A DNA stretch of 64,000 nucleotides, from assembly GCF_018350175.1 (NCBI RefSeq), contig NC_058368.1, forward strand, positions 118,670,001-118,734,000, given 5' to 3'. Shown here one piece after another: positions 13,200 to 25,678 of this stretch. Source of the DNA: Felis catus (lineage: Eukaryota). Numbering within the stretch: position 1 is the stretch's first letter; each line of letters starts with the position of its first letter. The notes under the pieces are model-generated. The model was not told the origin of the DNA and did not search any database. It was given only the letters and a program-made list of their open reading frames with translations. The position numbers and the translations under genes are program-made.

Positions 13200-14350
13200 A
13201 GGATCCTTCCCTTAGTCAAATATTGGGGTGCCTGTTACACACCAGTGCTATTCTAGGCATAGTGATACAGCAGCAACCAAGACAGATAAAGTTCCTGCTC
13301 ACCTGGAGCTCAAATTTTAATTGAGGAGAGAGACAGATATTTGCAAATATTCATTGAGCAACTAGTCAATGTCCTATGAATACAGCAGCAGATTGTTTAA
13401 AAATGTGGTATGAAAATGCAGACTAAACTTACAGTGAAAATAGTTTCAGGGAGTTTTAAGTGCTCTCAGAGAAGGGTTTGCAGTTACAATGCTGGGAGTG
13501 CATGAGGAGCTGTTAGATGGGGTGGTCACAGGAGATGCCACTTGAGTCACTACCTGCGTGAAGTGAAAGAGTAAAGCCATGGGAAGAGTTAGGGGAAGAC
13601 TTTTCCGGACAGAGGGAGTAGTAGGTACAGACGCCCTGAGAAGGGACCCTGCTGAGCATGGAAACACACCTGGCTTATTCCAGGAACAGTGAGGTCAGTA
13701 TACAGGCTGGATTTGGAGAACTAAGCAGGGGCTAGACCAGGTGGGGTTTGGGGGGCCGTGGGAAGAAGTTTGAATTACACTCCGGTTATAGTGGGAAGCT
13801 ATCACATTGCTGAAAGGGTGGGTGATATGATATGTTTTTGTTTTTTTCTCCCAGACAGCTCTGTTGATCCCTGGAGAATGAGCTGAATCAAAGTGGAGTC
13901 TAGGAGACCGGTTGAAGGCTATTGCAGTAGTCCAGACTAAAGACGTTAGAGGCCTGAATGAGGATGGTAGTGGTGGGAGTGGGGAAGTGGTCAAATCTGT
14001 GATATACTTTGAAGATTGGGCCAGTGGGGATAAGTCATGGGCTGGATGTGGCATCTGAGAGGAATGAGGGGTGACTCCTGAGGTTTAGGCCTTCTATAGA
14101 AAAGACAGGGAAGTCTAGTTCTATTGTATTGGTGGGGGTGGGGTGGGTTGGTGTCAGCATGAACATGTCAAGAGTTCTCTTGAGAGCTTTGAGCATATAG
14201 ATGATTTTTCCTTTACTATGTATCAACATGGAACTGATCAGATCACTGAGACTAGGTCTGTGGGTAGAGTAGTCCCAGGGCAGAGTCCTGAGCACTGCAG
14301 CATTTAGAGGTGGGAAGAGAAGGATCTAGCAGTGAAGACTGGAAGGAGCA
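13200..14350 (-). mobile_element. L2 LINE relic
   Basis: ctattctaggcatagtgatacagcag...gaaggctattgcagtagtccag...tgaggggtgactcctgaggttt. Confidence 0.65.
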
Positions 14351-14529
14351 ACCTGTAATCCAAACAGAGGGCTCTGGTCGTGCCCTAGTTAGGGCTCACA
14401 CCTTATACAATGAACCAAAATTGAACTCTGAAAATCTAAGCCTGCTGTTTGGGGAATAAATTACTTGGTTTATTTAAGGTAACGACTATGTAATTGGTTT
14501 TCCATTGATGTTTTTGAAAATTGCACAGA

Positions 14530-14725
14530 TTGGAGGCCAAATTCCACTTGCACCTGGGGGGCCTTAGGTAATTATCTGACATATGGGACTCTGTCTTCAT
14601 CTATAAAATGGGGAGAACAATAGGACCTTACCTCAGAGTCCTGTTGTGAAGATTAAGTGAGTTGATGCGTGCAAAGTGCATGCCACTGTTTCTGGCATGG
14701 AGGAAAGGCTCAAAAATGGCAGCTT
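14530..14725 (+). mobile_element. MIR relic
   Basis: catctataaaatgggg...ttgtgaagattaagtgag. Confidence 0.6.
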
Positions 14726-15259
14726 ACACTGCATTAACACTTGTTCAGGGTGTATTGCTGTGAATGTTTAATACTTGGTGCTATACTGACTTTTCTGCTT
14801 TGCATTCTTGGGTCTTCATTTGCTATTTACAACTGCTGTTTGGTATTGGTTGCTGGCTCTCAGCTTAGTGGCAATACCCAGTTGCTTCAGCCTTGAGATT
14901 TGCCCTAATCCCTAAGGCAGTAATTATGTCATCCTGGAGGTGTTCAGAGAAATTCCTTTAGGGTGAATGAATTCTGGACTGTCACAAGAATATGGAGCTG
15001 TGTTGATTGTTCCCAGCCAGGGAGAAATGTTCCCCTCACTACTTGTCCCCACTCAAAAGTCAGGAGCAATAAGAATTTATATTGAAGAATTTATGAATAT
15101 AAATAATAGAATAATAAAATCACTTGGCATCTGTTGAAGTATGTGTCAGATGGTTTCAATATATAATATCTAGTCTCATTGCAGAAATCCCAAAAAGTAG
15201 ATGTTGGGATTTATTAATTTACAGAGGAGAACATTAGGATTCAGAGAGTGACATTATCT

Positions 15260-15395
15260 GGGGTGCCTGGCTAGCTCAATCAGTGGTGGAGCATTGCGAC
15301 TCTTGATCTCCTGGTTGTGGGTTCGAGCCCCACATTGGGTGTAGTGGTTACTTAAAAATAAAATCTTAAAAAAAAAAAAAAACCTACAAAAAACA
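15260..15395 (+). mobile_element. Short, older Can-SINE (tRNA-like part plus A tail, no CT tract)
   Basis: ggggtgcctggctagctcaatcag...gggttcgagccccacattggg...ttaaaaataaaatcttaaaaaa. Confidence 0.85.
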
Positions 15396-16760
15396 CAAAG
15401 GGTCACACATTGTCTTGACCAGAGTCATACTGCTACCATGTTTCAAAGTCACGATTGGTTGGCATGTTCCTATAGGAGTCCTGAGCCTAATTGTTTTTTG
15501 TGCTACATTCTGCCCCCACATAAGCATTCGTTATAGATCTGAAACCAAGATAATGGGAACCAAGTTCATTGTAAGCAAACTTCTCCTTGTATTTTACATA
15601 TTACCGTTTTGATTTCATGAAAAGAATATTCTTTTCAAATCGTAAAAGTGGAAATTAATTTAGTTTTTCCTATGGTTGCTATTTAATGATTCTTCTACTA
15701 CCATGCTGCTTACCTTTATCTGGTTATTCATAGCTAAATATGTGTTTGTATTCCTTAAGGTAAAGGGTCATCACTGTTGACTTTACATTTTCCTGGACCA
15801 TATCAATAAGTTATAGTTGCTAAGAATCTCTGCAGAGTATATCCCTCAGTGGAAGGCAATCCTTAATGCACATTGGGGAAACTAGATCTAGAGGGTTTTT
15901 TTGTTTGTTTGTTTTTCCTTTTTCTTCCCTCCATGCCACCTTAGTCACAGATGGCATTGTTTCCCAGATGTGGTCTAGTTTACCTTACTAGTGATATAAA
16001 ACACAAGCACTAGCCGCCTTCCTAATAAGGAAGCTCATTTACCATTTAGAAATACATCGAAAATTCAACTTCATTTTCATCTCGTGTCCATTCCAGTAAC
16101 TGGTCCAGTAATCAGTTTTGCTACAGCAAAACGTATCTTTGTCTCCCTCTCTCCTCTCCTTTCCACTCTTGTGTTCTTTGAGGGGTAGGAGATCAAGACT
16201 TATTTGTCTGACTGTCCCTAGCATCTAGTCTGTTGGTCATGTTGTAGGTGCTCACTATATATCCTTTGAATTGAGAAGAATTGGCCCTTTCTTTTCTTTT
16301 GCATCTTAACTCAGATCCAGTATATCTTATTCCTTGGGACTTCCCTCTCTTATAGGAAGCCCTTGGATATTTCATTTGCAGAGGAAACTTAAGTCATTCT
16401 ATATGATGAAGTTACAGCCTAATTTTAGAGCAGTGTTCTCCTAGATGAGACCCTTTAGCTCTTTCCTCCACTTTAATGATGGTGTCTAGGCAGGATCCAG
16501 CTATCCATGTTGTTGACCTTGATATCATGCCACCAGCCCAGTCCATCTAGATGCATTCTTTAAAAGATAAGTTGTTTTCATCATATTCCATTAAAACAGA
16601 AAAAGAAAAAATGAGAATGAGGCTGATTGGGCTGCTTGTGCCCAGCCGTAGACTCTGGATTCACACTCCCTGTGCTGATTGATTTGTGATGGCTCTAGAC
16701 ATGAATTTGGAATGCAAGGAGCAGCTCTTTCCTCCTTTTTTGCTTCCTTGAGCAGAATGC

Positions 16761-16808
16761 CTGGATTGCTTATGGGAAATTTGGCTGGATTGCTTATGGG
16801 AAATTTGG
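16761..16808. repeat. Perfect 24-bp tandem duplication
   Basis: ctggattgcttatgggaaatttgg x2. Confidence 0.95.
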
Positions 16809-19484
16809 CAGGAGAGCAAGGGAAGGATTATGGCCTGAATTTCCACAGAACTGGAGGGAGGTGTGTTTAGAACTAAAGGGAGCCCTGCCCTTTTCACTGC
16901 CCTACTTGAAGCTGACGTGTGCCCTCCGTGGCATGGCATACTAAGGCATGCTTGATCTGGACACCGCCTCCCCTGCAGCCTTGCCTTTTCACACCATGCC
17001 AAAAGCCTGATGCTCTGGGAGTGACTCTTTCTTAAGCCTGTGTCTCTCTCTGAACTGCTGCACGGGCAGAAATTGCTGTTCCTCACTCTGACCCTGTGCA
17101 CTGTGCATAATGTGGTCACAGCCTCTGACACCCTTGATTCACTGATTGTTCTTCCTCTTTGTTATAGGACAAGCTTCTTGATGACAGGCCTAATGTCTGC
17201 CTCGTCATTGGTCCCACTCGGCCTGCCCCGCTGGAGGCGCTTTACAGAGCTTCCTCTGGTGGGAGCGAATAGAGGAGGCATTCAGCAGATAGTCCCCTCT
17301 ACACATGTAGCTACAAACTGCAGCAGAGTACAGGGACTGTCCCTTATCGAGGGTTGGGGGGTGAGCTAAGAGCTAAATGATCGGTAGGAGTCAGTTGAGT
17401 AAAGAAAAAGGACACAAGGGAAGAGGCTCCCAGATTACAGCATATGTGAAGGTAAGAGTGTAGTTGGAGTACACAGAGGAAGGGGCCAAGGTGGAGATTA
17501 GCTTAGGAGAAGTATTGCAGGGGCATTAGTCTAATAGCATATATAATGAATAATTTCTAAGTGAAGTAATCAGTCTGAGTTTCCTAACCAGACAGGCAGT
17601 ACTGCAAACCAGATCCTGTTCAGGCTGTCCTCACCCCAGACTTTGAGGCTGGTGGTGGCAGAGGCAGAGTGCTCCAGAGCATTTGTTCAGCTTAACCCAG
17701 CGTTGATCCATTTTAGTGGAGTTGGAGTGTCAGAAGTTAGCTGAGGAGTCTCAGCCCTAAAGTAAGTAGCTGTGGGTACAAGGAAGGAAGCAAAAGAACA
17801 CCTTGAAATTCAAACTCCTTGGAGACCATTTTGGTTGTTGAGATTCTGACTTTTTAAAGTTATGATTAATGCTTTCTTGTAAGATTTAAATAATTTTAGC
17901 TATACTTGTCTCCATCATGCTAAGGAGACTCTCCACTTGTCAAGGCTGATAGATTGCCCGTCAGTGCTTTTCACAGAGAAAAAGGACAAAACTCTTGTTT
18001 TCATCCCAGTCTTTGACATGCAGAGCTGGTCATACAGAGTTTCATATGGTAGATGCTGATGTGGCTTCTACTGACCATAAAAGATGAGGCAGTCCGGGAG
18101 AATATTTTTCTCTCCAGAGTAGCTGGGGAAAAGAATTGTAAAGCTGGGTATGGCCATTCAGAGCACTAGAAAGCTGCCCGTCCGCTCTGGCCCTGCTGAA
18201 GTGGCACAAGCCCCGTTGTCTCTGTTTTATGTAGAATGCCTACTGGGGGGGAAATGAATTTGGGCCTCCATCTGTATTTTTTGTTCATCATGCAGGCCAC
18301 TTTTGCCAGTGCACCTAGATCCCTGGAGTGATGAGAATGGAAGAAATAACCACAGAGCCCTAAATCCTAACCCCAGGGTCCTTTCACCTTGGCCATTATT
18401 CTAGGGTTTATTACCTGGAGATTGAGCCAGGCTTCCTTGTGTTGAGATACTTCCCGCCCTTCGTAGCATGTTAGGCTGCTGCTGAGATGCTGCCAGTGTA
18501 AATTCTCTTCAGCCTAAGTGCACGTCTTCATTCTTCCCTCTCGTTGGGGGGGTGGGGGGTGGGAGGGTCTTGATACCAAAGAACTTGTTTTAGTTAATAG
18601 AGAGGGGTTTGCTGGGCCTCACTGGTTCTTCACATGGTCTGACATCCATGCGTGCCTGGAGCTACAGTAGAGTTTGGGATCCCGCTCTCACTTGGGCTCA
18701 TGCTTATGTGTGTGTGCGCACTCTCTCATGAGCCCCTCCCCTCCCCCGCCACCCCTGTTTCTTTTTCTCTGTCTCTCTGTCTCTCACTTATTTGTGTCAT
18801 CTCTTTCGATGCAACTCCTGCAGACTGCTCCTGAAGTCTGCTGGTTTTATAGGCTTGCTGGGTTACGTTCCATGAAGTTTCCCAAGCACTAGATAAATGC
18901 CACCAAGGTCAGTGGCATCGTGACCCCACATTTGCTCTCTGGGGACTCAAAGATTTGTGCAGGATCTAGAGTGCGGCCACTCCCTCTTTAGAATTCAGAC
19001 CTTCCTGGTAATGAGCGCCCGCCCTCCAGAGCATCAAGATGTTAACAGGATTTCTTAGACACACTCACATTAAGGTGTTGCAAGGCTGCCCTGTTGTTTC
19101 ACTGTGGGGAACCAGAGCTGTTACCACTTGTGCTGTAAGAACTTGGTTGTTACATAGGAATTAAAGGAATTTGCCCTTCAGCAACTATAAAAGGATGAGT
19201 ATCCAACTGTTGTGTTTGTTTTGAAAGCAGTTTAGTGCCAGAAAGGCGTGTTTGATAGAGTTCAGGAGACTACAGTCCCTTTTAAACCCTCTGTTTATTC
19301 ATGACTGCATTTATTATATGCCAGCCCCCAACATCTCCTTCACTGTGCTGTCTGCGCACTCTCCCCTCCAGCCACCGTAGCTTTCTTTGAGTTCTTCAAA
19401 CTCGCCCTCCTCTCTCTGGCCATAGGGTCTTGGTCGGTTACCTCTGACAGAATACTCCTCCTTCATCTAGTTAACCCCTGCATG

Positions 19485-19693
19485 TTTTTTCTTTTTTAAT
19501 GCTTATTTGTTTATTTTGAGAGAGTGCGTGCATGAGTGGTGGAGGGACGGAGAGAGGGAGAGAGAGAATCCTAAGTGGGCCTTGCACCATCAGCGCAGGG
19601 CCCAACGGGGCTCGAACTCAGGCACCGTGAGATCACAACCTGAGCTGAAATGAAGAGTCGGAAGCTTAACGGACTGAGCCACCCCGGTGCCCC
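19485..19693 (-). mobile_element. Can-SINE
   Basis: Reverse-complement SINE ending ctgagccaccccggtgcccc. Confidence 0.9.
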
Positions 19694-20234
19694 AACTATT
19701 TGTTTTTTTTTAAAACAGGGAGTGCTTTTGAAACAGGAAATCACCTGCAAGTTTGTTAAAATGCAGATTCTTCTCAAGAAGGCTCCCAAAGGGGCCTTGG
19801 CTTTGACAGTTCTGACGAGCTCCCAGGTGAAGCTTGGGACTCCTTATGTGGCCTTCAATTTAATCTGAGCCTCTTATTTTTCACGCATTTGACATTATAC
19901 ACTTTTCTTAAGCACTCTTCACAACTGTATAGTTTCTTAAATTTGTGCCATTATCTTAGTACTGTTCATCGTTACACAAACTGTGAACCCTGTGAGAACA
20001 GTGACCACTTACAATTTCTGCTCATTCTTTTGTTTTCCCAACTTATCACACAGTGTGACCTATAGGGCACACTGTATGTTTAGGATAGGCAGAGAAGTAA
20101 TTGACTATTGTATTGGTTAAGTTGATCGGTTTGAGGAGACAGGGAGATTATAAAACCCACGGGTTCACTTTTTTCAAGGAAAGAGCCTCCTGGAATATTT
20201 AAATTTCATGTCCAGCAGAAATAACCTAAGGTAA

Positions 20235-20465
20235 TTTTATTTATTTACTTAAAAAACTTTTTTTAATGTTTATTTAATTTTGAGAGAGAGAGCATGAGCA
20301 GGGGAAGGACAGAGAGAAGGAGACGCAGAATCCAAAGCAGGCTCCAGGCTCCAGGCTCCGAGCTGTCAGCACAGAGCCCAATGCGGGGCTCAAACCCACA
20401 GACCGTGAGATCATGACCTGAGCTGAAGTCGGACGCTTAACCGACTGAGCCACCCAGATGCCCCC
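20235..20465 (-). mobile_element. Can-SINE (SINEC_Fc-like)
   Basis: Reverse-complement SINE with small internal duplication gctccaggctccaggctcc. Confidence 0.92.
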
Positions 20466-20614
20466 CTCTAGTAATTTCAGACTGAAGTGATTACATGGTG
20501 GGTGAGTGCCTGGTGCTTGGTCTTCATTATGTGAAAGGAGAAAATGCCAAATCACTTGAACTCTTGACTTGTCATTCCCAAGGACTGTATTCCTTTTTTT
20601 TTTCTTTTTAACAT

Positions 20615-21005
20615 TCTTTTTTATTAAGATAAAATTCATGTAGGGGCGCCTGGGTGGCGCAGTCAGTTAAGCGTCCGACTTCAGCCAGGTCACGATCTCG
20701 CGGTCCGTGAGTTCGAGCCCCGTGTCGGGCTCTGGGCTGATGGCTCGGAGCCTGGAGCCTGTTTCCGATTCTGTGTCTCCCTCTCTCTCTGCCCCTCCCC
20801 CGTTCATGCTCTGTCTCTCTCTCTGTCCCAAAAATAAATAAACATTGAAAAAAAAATTTAAAAAAAGATAAAATTCATGTAACATAAATTAAACATTTTA
20901 AAGCATACAGTTCAGTGGCATTTAGTACACTGACCATGTTATGTAATCATCAGCTCTGTAGTCTATTTTTAAACATTTTCATCACCCCCACGGGAAACCT
21001 CATCC
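20615..21005 (-). mobile_element. Old L1 (L1M-type) 3' end fragment, interrupted by a SINE
   Basis: ttttttattaagataaaattcatgtaacataaattaaacattttaaagcatacagttcagtggcatttagtacac... resembles antisense L1M 3' termini. Confidence 0.7.
20643..20864 (+). mobile_element. Young felid SINE (SINEC_Fc-type) inserted in an old L1 3' end
   Basis: Perfect 17-bp TSD aagataaaattcatgta (20626-20642, 20865-20881). Confidence 0.95.
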
Positions 21006-21493
21006 AAAGGACCATCTTGGTAAGTTCAGCATTTCTAAAACTTTGTGGTCTTGGCATAAGTGCTCCAACAGCCTTTATGTGAATTATATCTATGTTGACA
21101 GAATGAGAAATTAAATTAAAAAAAAATGAAAGATTTCTTTACAGATTTATTAAATGACATTTTACATTTTTGTAAATCTCTTTAATGTTTGAGTTAATAG
21201 AAGGTAATTAGGTAATAGTGTCTTCTTCTTTCAATCTATTGTCATATATTTTGTTACTGAAGGATATGAAAAAAATCAGGCCACACAGATATATGCAGTT
21301 GGAGAAGGAAGAGGTATTTCTAGTAACCTTTTGAGACAATTTTGAGTATTCTTTTTTGTTAATATACCAACAGTCAACAGGTGATCATTTCTTAAAAAAA
21401 ATATTGCAATGTGGAGAATGAAATCCTGTTAGTGAACTTTTCACGTAAAATGGCATTGAAACCTATTGGCCTACACTGTACTTTGGCTCTTTT

Positions 21494-21720
21494 TTTTTTT
21501 TTTTAATTTTTTTTTCAATGTTTTTATTTATTTTTGGGACAGAGAGAGACAGAGCATGAACGGGGGAGGGGCAGAGAGAGAGGGAGACACAGAATCGGAA
21601 ACAGGCTCCAGGCTCCGAGCCATCAGCCCAGAGCCTGACGCGGGGCTCGAACTCACGGACCGCGAGATCGTGACCTGGCTGAAGTTGGATGCTTAACCGA
21701 CTGCGCCACCCAGGCGCCCC
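21494..21720 (-). mobile_element. Young felid SINE (SINEC_Fc-type)
   Basis: TSD gtactttggctctttt (21478-21493, 21722-21737); near-identical to the 20643 copy. Confidence 0.95.
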
Positions 21721-21749
21721 CGTACTTTGGCTCTTTTACCCATGCTTGA

Positions 21750-21954
21750 TTTTTTTTTATTTAATTTTTAATGTTTACTTATTTTTGAGAGAGAGACAGC
21801 GTGAGCAGGGGAGGGGCAGAGAGAGAGGGAGACACAGAATCTGAAGCAGGCTCCAGGCTCACAGAGTCTGACATAGGGCTCGAACCCACGAACCGTGAGA
21901 TCATGAACTGAGCTGAAGTCAGACGCTCAACCAACTGAGCCACCCAGGTGCCCC
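21750..21954 (-). mobile_element. Can-SINE with short internal deletion
   Basis: Reverse-complement SINE; degenerate TSD ccatgcttgattttt / ccgtgcatgattttt. Confidence 0.9.
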
Positions 21955-23679
21955 CCGTGCATGATTTTTTAATGCACATTGGTCATTTGGAAAGTTTTGG
22001 TTCAGGGAATCATACGAATCTTCCAATGTGGACACATTGCATCATAAAAAACTTTTAAAATCACATGTGTTAACATTATTACTGATCTCATTAAAAATAG
22101 TTACGAAGTATTGGGAAGCTGCCAAGGTCATGGTGGCCAATCCAAGTTGTCAAAAATTGTCCTTTTGTTTTGTTTTGTTTTCTTGAAAGAATGAATTTTA
22201 TTATTGTAACAAATATTGTTGTTTTCCTAGAAGCGACCACCTTGCTTGGTTCATTTCTGAGAAAATGTCTACCAGACACTGAAGTCTGAATAACCATAGT
22301 TTCTCAGTTGTTTTTTCAAGTTAAAATGGTGCTTTGTAATAAAAAGAGGTTGGTTTAGTTGCAACTCAGAGGATTGCACAACTGCTTTCCCTTCAAGTCA
22401 GCTTTGGTATGCAGCAAAGTACTTTATGCACATTTCCTCCTTAATTACAGTATTAAAAAAATGTGTGGTAAAAGGTCAAAATTTAATAAAAATAATTTTT
22501 ACTGTTTTATCAAGGGTATTCGTTGAGCAAAACCTGGTAGTTGCTTTTTTGTTTGTTTGTTTTGTTTTTAACCTGTTAGTTTGGAGTGGTAAAGAATGCA
22601 TTGTTGGTATAGTTTGAGGCAACTGCCTAGATTAATTCTAAGGCTGCAGCACTTTCCCTGAACCTTATTTCCATGTCCTGTGGAACCCCTGAAAATGTCT
22701 TGGGAACCTCCCAGGAGTCCATGGGCCACACTCTGAGAACTACTGGTCCTAGCTAAAATAAGAATCACAAAGTAGCCTTCTAATAAATACGCTCATTCCG
22801 GCTCCTTCTTAAGAAGTATACCTGACTACAAGGCTAGCAGTAGAAGAAATTTCCTGTGACTATACTAAAGCAAATGAGCCCGACTGACAGTTCGATGAAT
22901 TCTCTCATTGCAGAACTATCTTGAATATTGCCCCTAGGCTGCCTGTTAACATCTAGAATTTTATTTATTCAGATATCTCCAACATATTTTATTTGCTGAC
23001 ACTTTGAGTGGGACATATTTTTTAATTGATTATAAAAATCTGGAGATTGTTGAAAATAGTTTTTTGTAGAATTCCAATTTTTAAAAAATTAGAGTTCAGA
23101 TTTGGGTTCCTAACTTCTCTGTTCAGCAGAGCTATTCTTTCATAGCCTTTTCTCAGTCTTTTTTTTTTTTAAACCTGAGTAATTTAGAACTCAAAGCTTA
23201 AAATTCTCACTATAAGTTGACTCTAAACTCTTTTGTCCTAGAAATGTGCTTGTATATTTGACCATAAGTTATGATGTTAGGATTCAAACTTCATAGGCTT
23301 GCTTGATCTTCTCACTGGATAGCATATCTATTGTGTTTCTTTTTGAATGTTTATTTCTTCCAAGCATACAGTTTCCAATCTGATTTTATTAATATCATAA
23401 GGTGTTTTTTTATTTTTAAGTTTGGTGTATTTTTCATAATTATTTTGCTCTTTGTGGTGAGTTCAAGTTTGACTTAAAACCAGTTCATAGGAATCATCAC
23501 TAGGGTGTTGAGGTGACTATTGTGAGACAATTCATTGAATTACCTACCATCACAAGCTAGGATGTGTTTAATCTTCATTAGCTGGACCATTTTGTGTAGA
23601 AATGGGAGGGGAAAACTCCTTAGGGTATTAATACCAATGGGTAGATGTTATAGGAAAAGATTGTTCAGTTCATTATATT

Positions 23680-23890
23680 ATGAAAAGAACATGAGGATTC
23701 TATTCGAATCATGACTCTTTTCTTTCGTAGCTAGATGACCTCGGACAAATTACTCAATTTCTCTGAACCTCAATTTCCTCATTTGTCAAACTGTAATAAT
23801 AACCCCTCTCTCGTGGGAATTGGATTTAATAGTATAACATAAAGAAGGTAACACATTGCCCTAAACCTGATACTCTCAACAAATAGACTT
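23680..23890 (+). mobile_element. MIR relic
   Basis: gacctcggacaaattactcaatttctctgaacctcaatttcctcatttgtcaaa. Confidence 0.6.
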
Positions 23891-24007
23891 AATGTTAACA
23901 TATACTTTAAAAACATTTTTGATAAGACTTTGTAAAAGTATAGAATGTCAAAGACTTAGGAGGTTACCAGTAGAAAATATAAATCTGATTCAAAAGAGAA
24001 CAGGAGA

Positions 24008-24231
24008 GGGATACCTGGATGACTCAGTAGGTTAAGTGTCCGACTCTTGATTTTGGTTCAGGTCATGATTTCATGGTTCCTGAGATTGAGCCCCGTGTCG
24101 AGCCCTGCTTTGGGCTGTGTGCTGACAACATGGAGCTTGTTTGGGATTCTTTGTCTCCTTCTCTCTGCACCTCCCCTGCTCGCTCATGCTCTCTCTCTCT
24201 CTCAAAAACAAATAAATAAATTCTAAAAAAT
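24008..24231 (+). mobile_element. Can-SINE
   Basis: gggatacctggatgactcagtaggttaag...; TSD agagaacaggaga / agagaaaaggaga. Confidence 0.9.
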
Positions 24232-25076
24232 AGAGAAAAGGAGAAACTTATTTATATAGACAATGAAAGAAAGAACTGTGAAAATATAATTACTAAGTTA
24301 TATTCAAAACTGGTTAATGTTCTACAGGGTAATAAAACCCCCTTTTGAGATTGTCTTTTCTGCTGAACAGAAATTATTCACATCTCTGCCAAAAAAAAAA
24401 AAAAAAAAAATTTGCAAACTTATCAGTTTTAGCTCAAAGTGAAATCTACTCTGACAGAGTCTGAGTCCTCATTGATAGTAAATAGTCAATCAAGCAAAAG
24501 TTGTGTTTCCCTAGAGAATTAATTAATAGAGCCTACTGGCATTGTGGCTATTTTAGATGGGCGAGGAGTAGAGGAACTCAAAGTCATCATTATCCATTAA
24601 CTTGGGTTTTAAAATCATGTGGGAATGTTGATGAGACCTGGGGAACATTTGAGGGTAGAAGGGGTTAGAGTTAGCTTTGAAAGCCCTGCCTTAATCAGAG
24701 ATCCTATACAGGCTTCACTCTCATTGAAAACCTGGACTGCATGTAAAGACCAATGGCATTCCAGGACACAATATAACAAGGAATTTATTTTTCTTTCTCA
24801 GTCTGGGACCTGGGATCTGTAAGGAAATTTATAAAAACATTTAAATTTATTCTACCATTACCACTCACTGATACTGCTTGAACCCTGGCTGAAGAACATG
24901 TAGTCAACCTGTGGCACCTAGGATTTCCAGAAATAGCTCCTCTGCAGATGAGTTCAGAATAAAAAAATACATAGGAAAACAATCCAGTATCAACCAGAGA
25001 CCATGGAAACAATGTACAGAAATATTAAAACCCATGGACTTCAAATAATAAAACAGTAATTTAAAAATCCCGTAGA

Positions 25077-25295
25077 GGGGCACCTGGGCGGCTCAGTCAG
25101 TTGAATGTCTGACTTCGGCTCAGGTCATGATGTCACAGGTTGTGGATTCAAGCCCTATGTCGGGCTCTGTGCTGACAGGTCAGAGCCTGTAGCCTGCTTC
25201 AGAGTCTCTGTCTACCTCTCTCTCTGCCCTTCCCATGTTCATACTCTGCCTCTCTCTTTCTCCCGAAAATAAATAAACACTAAGAGAAAAATTTT
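25077..25295 (+). mobile_element. Can-SINE
   Basis: ggggcacctgggcggctcagtcagttg...(CT)n aataaataaac. Confidence 0.92.
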
Positions 25296-25552
25296 AAATC
25301 CCATGGAAAACATAAAAATAACTGTATTTAAAACAATTAAAAATACATAGAAGGAGTTAAAAGCAAAAAACAGGCAGCATTGGAAGAGGCAAATGGAACT
25401 TAGGTAAAAAATAATTAAAATTAAAAATCATTTGATTAAATAAATATCAGACTAAACAAAGCTGATGAGAGACTTACTAAACAGGAAGATAGACCTTTAA
25501 AAAATTCCAGAATGCATTCCAGAGAAATAATGAAATAGAAAATATTTGAAGA

Positions 25553-25678
25553 GGCGCGGCTGGGTGCCTTAGTCAGTTAAGCATCCGACTCTTGACCTCA
25601 TCTCAGGTCTGAATCTCAGGGTCATGAGTTCAAGCCCTGTGTTGGGCTCCACGGTGGGTGTGGAGCCTACTTAAAAAA
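25553..25678 (+). mobile_element. Short Can-SINE
   Basis: tRNA-like head through ggagcctacttaaaaaa; TSD aatatttgaagag on both sides. Confidence 0.85.

Larger units (their letters stand above)
21027..22745 (-). mobile_element. hAT-Charlie (Charlie1-like) DNA transposon relic containing two SINEs
   Basis: Right end reverse complement CAGTAGTTCTCAGAGTGTGGCCCATGGACTCCTGGG resembles the Charlie1 terminus; left end CAGCATTTCTAAAACTTT; minus strand near 22215-22295 reads WLFRLQCLVDIFSEMNQARWSLLGKQ, a decayed hAT transposase W..RL.YL.DIF..N...SLQG motif. Confidence 0.8.

Noticed and set aside
16661..17131. 156-aa minus-strand ORF with a QISHKQS repeat
   Set aside because: The repeat is the 24-bp tandem duplication; no recognisable domain or splice support
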